60,472 bases of DNA. Origin: a virus (taxonomy: Duplodnaviria; Caudoviricetes). The stretch lies in IMG/VR virus record IMGVR_UViG_3300026519_000014, positions 1-60,472 of that record. One strand, 5' to 3'. Both the position numbers and the translations under genes were made by a program. Below are positions 11,601-20,600 of this stretch, in pieces; position 1 is the stretch's first letter, and the number at the start of each line of letters is the position of its first letter. Below the pieces are notes generated by a model. The model was not told where the DNA came from. It saw only the letters and a program-made list of their open reading frames with translations, and ran no database searches.

Positions 11601-14600
11601 TTATGAAGACTTAAATATTTTAAATAGAGAAACAATAACTAATGGAGAAAGGGTAAAAGATGGATATACTGTAGCTATTGTTCCAGTTAATAAAAATGAA
11701 GTGGGAGAAGAGCAATATATAGCTTATCCGCTATTAAGACAAAAATTAAATACAAAAGCTAAGTCTTCAATAGTAAAGGCTACTACCATTTTAATGAAAT
11801 CTTTATATTATCCAAAAGCCATTAGTTCAGAAGAAACAAAAATAGCAGATACTATAAAAGAGTTAATTGATGTAGATATAAGAACTATAGAAGGATTTGA
11901 AAAATATTTAACTTTATTTACTCATAATACTTATCCAGAAGGTAGTGGTAACCTTTCTCAATTTATGCTTACGCAAAATGAGAATAAATACGCTATCAAT
12001 GTTACTAGTAAAGGATCAGCAGGAGTATCTTTTGGTAAAGGAGGAAAACAAATTACTAAGACTACTAAGAATGTAATTATCCCTCAAATGTTCAAATCTA
12101 ATCCTGATACTTATATAGAAGGGTTGGAAAATATAGTAGAACACTTGTATGCAAATATTAATGATGCTTTATTAGATGCTGATGTTACAATTCCTGTTAT
12201 CACAGAAGAAAATAAAGTAGAGACTTTGTTTTCAGGAAAGTATACTGAATATGTTAAAACTTACGGCTTACATACCAATGCTACTTATCATGAAATAGGC
12301 ACTGAAGAAAATCCCAAGAGAGTTTATACTATTCAGAGTGTTATTTCTTATGACGATAGTTTTTCTGGTTTTATACCTAAATCCAATCAAAATGAAACAG
12401 TAGCTGCTACTGAAAAACCTGACATAGATAAAGAAACAGTTTTAAAAGAACCTTTTGAACCTTCTGAAAAAGTAAAAAAAGCTCCTCCAGGATTGGAGTT
12501 TATGGATGATTTTGACTTCACTCATTTAGAAGATAAAAATAAAGACATAGAAAGTGAGGAATTGTTTGCACCTTATACCGGAAAAACAGTTTCTGATTAT
12601 ATTATAGAGGGCATTCCAGCACACACACAAAATTTGCTTATAGATAATATTATCTTTAATGTACTCAATACTGTTGAAAACGATGATTTAGTTTTATCTA
12701 GAGTACAAGAAGCTTTAAGTTATTTAACTGAAGTTAAGTTTCCTATGATTAAATCAGAATCTTGGAAACTTAAAGAACTGGTAAGACTTAGATTGCAAAA
12801 TTTAACTAATACTGTTATTCAAAATGAAGAAGAATCTTTAGATTCTACTGAAAATAAGGATGAGGCAAGATCAGTAGAAGAAAAAGATCAAGCTTGGGGA
12901 ATAGATATTTTGACCATTAATCCTAAAGACAGTTTAAGCAGTAGATTAAAACAATTATTTTCTTTTATCCCTTTAGTTAATAAAGAAGATGGAACACCTT
13001 TAAGAACTAAAGAAGGTCTTATTGTTTTTGCTGGGTTTGATAAAACTTATGAAATAGTAATGTCAGAACTTTCTACTAATTTTGATAAGGATACTCCTGC
13101 CCCAAGAACTTTTGATTCTATGATGGATACTCTATTGGCTGCTAAAGATATTTATACTTTTTTGCCTTTTGTTGTAGATAGGCTTAAAAAAGCTCCCAGA
13201 CAACTTAAAAATGAATTTATGGTAAATGCTGATAAGCATTATACTGTTATGCACCATGTATGGAAAAAACAAACCTCAGATGGAAAATTTTATTATAACG
13301 TTTTAAATGATAATGCTAACTCCAGAACTCTTATTATAGAACAAACTTGGAGAAATAATAATTTACAGGTATCTAGGATTTCTAATAATCTTTTAGCTAA
13401 TGGAGAAGTAGTGGAAGAACTTAAAGCCGAATTTGATAAATGGATAACTAAAGATAAACAAATTGAAGATAAGAAGGTACTTAAATGGCTTTCTGATATG
13501 GGTATAACCATTAATCAAAAAACTTTAGATTCCTTTAAAGAAGAAGATATATATGGCTTATCCTATGTAAAACATTTTACTACAAAGGAAGGAATATTTA
13601 AAAATATAAGAGAGGCTCTTAATTCTATAAAAGACGGTAATGAGTTGTTAGAAACTACTTTATATAGAATGAGTGCTTTTAGTAGATTGGCAGCACAAGA
13701 GGGTTTAAACAATAGTATGTATATCCCTGATTCTTTCAGGTCAGGAGATAGTAATATTTATGGTTATCAGGAACAAAAGTGGGCTGTTAAAAGAACTTCA
13801 GATTTAAAATACGATGAAGAAGAGCTAACAAGATTGGCTAAAAATCCTATAACTAAAAACATATCTTGGCTAAAAAAATTAGGAAAACTAGACCCTTCTA
13901 CAGGTAAATTTGTTATAGATAAAGAAAGTAGGTTTTATAAAAATTTTTCTTTTGGTTATGTAGGATTAGCAGCTTTACAGGAAGAAGGTAAATTCTATGC
14001 AAATAAGAAAAAACTTTCTGAGCTGAGTTCTTCTGCTCATGAAGAAGTAAAAAAAGGTTTTTTTGAAAATAGGGCATTAGCTGATAAGTTTGGAAATAGA
14101 GTTGTTAGATTCTTTTTTCCTACTATGTCTGATAAGTCTACAATGTTTACTCTTAAAGTAGAACCTATCAAAATAGCTTATGATATTAATGGAAAATTAA
14201 CTAAAGAAACTATTGATGCTTTATATGATACTATTCTGATTCCTGAAATTAATAGAATGGTAAATCATATAGAAGGAGAAACCAATATAAAAAACTATGA
14301 CCAGGGAGCTATGATGTTTTATAGTGTTCCTGAATTAAATAATATTCCAGAAATATGGAATGGCACAGGAAGTACAAGAAGATTAAATTTAAAAGTAGGA
14401 AGAAAAGGAATAGAAGGAGATACTGTTAAAAAAATTATCAGGGAAAACTTTGAGAAACACTTAAACAACTTAGTGGAAGAACAGTTAAAAGACTGGGAGA
14501 GTTTAGGTTTATATAATGCTGATACTCATGTTTTTAGAGCAGGTTCTGAATATAAAGAATATTTAGATGGTTTAGTTTATGGAGAAATTGGCAGTTCTGA

Positions 14601-17600
14601 AAGAGAGTTTAATAAAGCAAAATTAGCAGCAGCAGATTTTGCTTTAAACTATATGGCAGCCAATGCTAATTTTCAAGTACTTTATGCAGGAGATGCAGCA
14701 CAATATTATGTTGGGGAACCTACATTCAAAGAAAATATAAAAACTGAAGAAGGGGAGTTTAAAAAAGGAGATAAAATACCTGTAAATCATTCATTATATT
14801 ATACTACTATAGCTAAAAATACTTTTATTAATATAGGTAAAAGACTAACTCTTTTAGCAGGGCCTAGAAGAAGTCCTGTATTTATTGAAGGAAAAACCAC
14901 ATATAGACAAGGTTTTGTAGAAGATAAAAGAACTGCTTCTTTAGCAATAGATTATATAAGTTCTATTTATGAAGACAATCCTGAATTTATAGAAAAATAT
15001 AAAAATATAGTAGGTACCGATGCTGTAGAACTTATAACAGTATCTGAAAAAATAGAAATTCTTTATAGAGATGGAAAATTAGACAATACAGATTATAAAA
15101 GACTATTAGAAATTGCTAAAAAAGGAGGAGATTTTTCTTCTTCTGATTTAGGTAAACTTAAAGTATTTCAAGCTGATAAGCCATTATATGCAGGCAAAGC
15201 AGTAGAGCCTAATTCTTTAGTTGAAAGAAGAATATATATTAAATCTGCTGCTATTACTTTAATCCCACAATTTACCAGAGGACTTGAAATAGATAAATTA
15301 AGAGTTCTTATGGAAAATAAGAAAAATCCTGTAAATAGAATAGCTTTTTCTTCTGCTGTTAAAGTAGGAAATGTTAAAAACCCTTTAAATATATGGAATG
15401 AAGATGGCAGTATTAAGGAAAATCTAAGTTTTTCTGAAGATCAGATACTGACCTTAAATAGAAATGAGCATGGCATACAACAAGACATTCCTTATAAAGA
15501 AAAGGATAGTATAAAAAGAGTAGTTCAAGCTTCTAAATTGTCTTTTGTTAATCTGTTGAATAGAGATATTTTGGTAGATAGTAAAAAAATTAAAGGCAGA
15601 GAACTATATGAAAGATTTCAAAAAAATTGGGAATCCTTATATTCTTTAGCAAAAGAGGAGTTTTTTGAAGAATTAGAAGTAGATGTTTCTAAAGATGTTT
15701 GGATACCAAACAGTAAAAAATTAAGTCGCTATATTAAAAGAGAAGCTGAGCTTAGAAACCTTTCTTTACAAGATTTAGAAGGTTTAGAACTTAGAGAAGA
15801 TGGTACTTTTGAATTACCTTTATGGGCTAATGGAGCTAATAAACAGTTTGAAGCTCTTTTAAATTCACTTATTACTAATAAAATACTAGAACAATCTATT
15901 CCAGGCAAAGCTTATGTTTTAGCTTCTGAGGAAGGTTTTCAAAAACAGGTAAAAACTATAGAAGATGTACTAGAAGAACAAAACATTAAAGACATAGAAT
16001 CTTCTGGAATTGTATTTACTGAATTTTGGAATGGTAAAAGTTTAATGCCTTCTATAGAAGGTAGTAATAATCAAGTATTTATACCTTGGCCTTTTAAAGA
16101 TGTTCCTATGGAACATTATATAAAGGATGGTAAAATAGACATGAGTAGAATAGATGCTGATTTATTTACTATGTATGGTATGAGGATACCAAATCAAGGG
16201 CCTAATTCTACAGGAAATTTGGAAATAGCTGGATTTCTACCTGAAGTTATGGGCGATATTATTATAGCTCCCAGAGATTTTGTAACTCAAATGGGGAGTG
16301 ATTTTGATGTGGACAAACTTTATACTTACAGATATAATTATATAGTTACAGATAATGGAGACATACGAAGAATTAAAGAAGAATATTTAAATCCTGAAAA
16401 ATTAAAACTAAGATTAAGTAAAGCAGAAAAACGGCTAAATGAAATTATTCTGTTAGATTTAAAAAAAGACAGACAAAGAGAAAAAAATTTACTTTATATT
16501 CAAATAGAAAAGCTAAACAAATTGCTTGAACCTAATGCTTTAGCCAAATTAAAATTTCAGGATGATATAGTAAAAATACATAGGTTATTAAATGCAGACC
16601 CCTCTAATTTTGTACAAAGACAGATAAAAGCCCCTTTAGGAGAAGGCAGGTTAAAGGAATATTCAGATATTATAGAAAATTCAAAAGATTCTTCTTTTTT
16701 TAGTCCCTATTCTTCTATTTATCAAAGAAATAAATTTAAAAATGCTTCTTCTGGAAATAAAGCTATTGGTGTTTTTGCTATAGCAAATACTTTTAATGCT
16801 TCTGCACAAACTGTTGAAGGCCCTTTAAAAATAGTAGATGGTGATAAAGATTTATATGTAAGATTTGGAAATCAAGTTAGTTATGGAGTGTTAAATAATG
16901 AATTAGCATTAGATAATAAAACATATATTTCTGAGAATATTTCTAATTACCTTTCTGTTGCTGTAGACAATGAAAAAATACAAGCTCTTCATAATTTGAA
17001 CATTAATGATGTTACTTATGGTATAGTAAATTTATTAACCCAACTAGGATTTACTCATGATGTTATTAGTAGTTTTTTAGGTCAGGATATACTTTTTGAA
17101 TTGGTAAAAAAAGTAGAGGAATTTCAAGATAAAGGAGAATCTTCAATTTCTGCTTTAAACAAGGCTTTTAGTGTGCTAGAAAAAGATTCCAAATACTCTG
17201 AAAAAGTTTTTGATGCTTTAGATGAAGATAATAAAAATAAAATATTAAAAAAATATGCAGACAGTAGTAGCGCATTTTTATTTGAAGTTATAAAAAAAGG
17301 AGAAGACCATCCTGACTATAAAATCACCCAAAAAGCTATATTGAAAAAATTTAAATTTCTTAGTAAAAAAGCTGTTTCTTTACAAAATTTACAAAGAATA
17401 ACTAATATAGATTCTTCAGGGATAGGAAAAAACCTAATAGAGAGTAAAGTAAAAGAGGAAGCTTTTGTAGAAGCACTTACAGATAAAAATATTATAGGAG
17501 CTTCTAAGCTATTTGGAGAAATTTCTTATACACCTTTAAAAGGATACCAACAATTTGGAAATATTTACTTTAAGCCTACTTCTATTTCTGGATTTGCAGT

Positions 17601-20600
17601 TATCTATGGAGTTATTCCTAATAATAGGCTATGGAATCAATCCAGATATTTTCCTTATACAGATAAAGCAATTAATGATGTAGTAAAAACTATTATTGAT
17701 ATAAGCAATATTAGAGAATTTGATGAATATCAAAATGTTTCTATAGAAAGTAGAATATTTAATGCTATAAAAAGTTATTATTTTAGTAATCTTGGTGAAT
17801 TAGGGTTTGTAGATACTTCACTACAAAAAGACACCGGTAGATTAGTAAGATATAATTTACTTTCTGAAGAAGGTGTTCTTCAAAATATAATTGCAAAATA
17901 TAGTAATACTTCTTTGTTTATAAATAATCCTTTTTTAAATAAGCTTTCTATTAGAAAAAGGAAAGCTGGAACTCCAGGAAGTATTAATTTTTCTTCAAGA
18001 GATACAGATGTTGTAAGTAAACATAATATTTATGGAGGATTAATAAAACTGCTAAATTCTACTAAAGAACTTCCTGAGCAGATACAGATTAATAATGATA
18101 AAGTTAAACTTATCACTGAACAAGATTTAGCTAGAGCTTTAATAGTTTCTCAATATGCTACAGGAGGTATACAAAAATACACACAATTTTTAAGATATAT
18201 CCCATTAGATTATTTGAAAAAAATAGGATTTACAGAATCTGCTAGAAACTTAGACTTTGCAAAACTTCTTAATGAAGGTAGAGGTAATAATAAATTTCAA
18301 CTTCCCTATATGGTTATTCAATTTTTTCAGCATAATCCCTATTTACTTAATACCCCAGAAGTAAGTATAAGAGAATTTGTAACTAAAGATGCTGAAAAGG
18401 AAGAAGATATAACTAGATTTTCTGTTCCACTACCTTTAAATAAAGCAAAAATAGAAGACCCCACTCTATTAGACCCTATGGTTAAGTTAAAAGGAGAAAA
18501 TAAAGACCATGTTTTTCTTTTTGATGGGAATGAATATATAAGACTAGATAATCTGGGAAGTGTAGATTTTAATGAATATCAAAGTAAAGAAATAACCAGA
18601 AGTGTTATTTATAACAATATAGCAAAAGATAAAAAAGGGGTACCGGTATCTTATTATGATCAAGTAGCAGCTAATACCCCTAAAAAACCTATCATTAATA
18701 AGGCTGATCAACTAAACCACATCACATTAGACCAAAAATATGGTTTTAATGAGGCTGAGCCAACTATCTCTAAAACCTTAATGGCTATATCCAATAATGG
18801 CCCTACTGCTCACAGAGCTCTTGCAGAAGATTATTTGCAAGTGTTTAAAGACGGAGAATACAAATTAGTAATAGATAGAAACTTACCTGCTAAAGGAAGA
18901 CACATAAGAAGTGAAAAAACTGTATTTATTAATCCTGATTTACTAACAGGGGATGAGGATTATAGCAAAACTTTTTTACATGAGGTTACACATATGCTTA
19001 CAGTAGAAGTACTAGAAAATCCTGTTACAGAACAACAAAAGAAAGCCAAAGCAAGTTTAACAAGATTATTAAATGCTTACAGAAAAACTCTCAAATCAGG
19101 AGAACTGGAGTTAGTAAAGAAACAAGTTTCAGAAGCTAAAGAAAAAGGCGTTTCTCCTAAACTAACTGAAGAACAACTTGTAAGAGTATATCCTGCTATT
19201 AATTTAAAAGAATTTGTAGCTGGTTTTATGACTGATGTCAAAGTTCAAAATCATTTAAATAAAGTAGATTTTAATGAAAATACTACTTATGGACAAGAAT
19301 ATGAAAAAAGACTGTTAAAGATTTTAAATTCTATAAAAGGTTTTGAATTAACTTCTACTTCTGCTCAAGCTATAAGAGAAGTAATTGCTTTAATAGATTA
19401 TCAAGATGAAGTTAAATTAAATCCAGTAGTTTTAGCTAAAATGGAAAATTCTACTTCTAATAGTGTAGATGCAAACTCCAGAGTTAGAAAAAAATCTATT
19501 AAACATACTGAAGAAGATGTAGGCATAAAAAGTTCTATAGCACAGGCAGAGGCTAATTTCTTAGAAGACAATTATGAAAATATGATAACTTCTGCTATAA
19601 ATAAAGCTGTGGATAGAATGGCTCCTATTGATGAAAATAATATTCCGCCAGAACCCACTACTTTTGAAGATTTACCAGCAGCCACTAAAAAAGAAAAAGA
19701 CGAAGAAGCACCAATATCAGATTTAGTCCATCCTTCTATTAAAAATAAACAGGCTATTTTAAAAGCTTTAAATAAAAAAGTTAATAGGGACAAAAAAAGG
19801 ATGCATGATTCTACTGATCCTAAAGTAGGAGTTTATTATGAGAATAGAATAATAAGAACTAAAGAAAAAATAGCTGAAATAGAAGAACAAATTGCTGCTA
19901 TTACAGGAATGAATACTTATTCCACTACTTTAAAGATAGCTGAAGAAGATTTATCTTATGTAGATACTTTAGTTAGTAGTGATATAAGGCTTATTACTTC
20001 AGAAGATATGGAAATAGTGGATAGTATTATTACACTATGGAAAAATTTTAAAAAAGAAGAATTTGTTGAAAAAATTTATAGTTCTTTAGACACTGAAAAA
20101 GATTTTAACAATATAAAAAATAAAGCCGAATCTTTAGAGGATAAGTTACATGATATAGCTATAGAAAAGACCAAATCTTTTATTAAAAGAGAGTTGCCTA
20201 AAGCTACTTCTGAAGATATTAAAAATCTAATGGCTATATCTGATGATATAGGAGTAGCTTCTTCTTATATATATGACCTTTCGAGGGTAGATAATGTAAT
20301 AGCTCAAGCTATGTCCAAATCTATTTTAAGAACTAATGACTATATAACTGAAGAAGTTACTAAAGTAGCAGAAGAAATAGACCCTATTTTACAAAATGCT
20401 GAAAAAGCGTTAAAAAAGCTGGGTCTTACTTTTGATGTTTTTATGCAAAAAGATGAAAAAGATAGATATACTGGTAGAATAATAATGCCATACTCCCAGA
20501 AATTTTTTAATTTGCTTAAAGCTAATTCTGAAAAAGCCTTTAGCCCAGAGGCTAGTAAAGAAGATAGACAAGCATATAGAGAATGGAGAAAACTTACTCA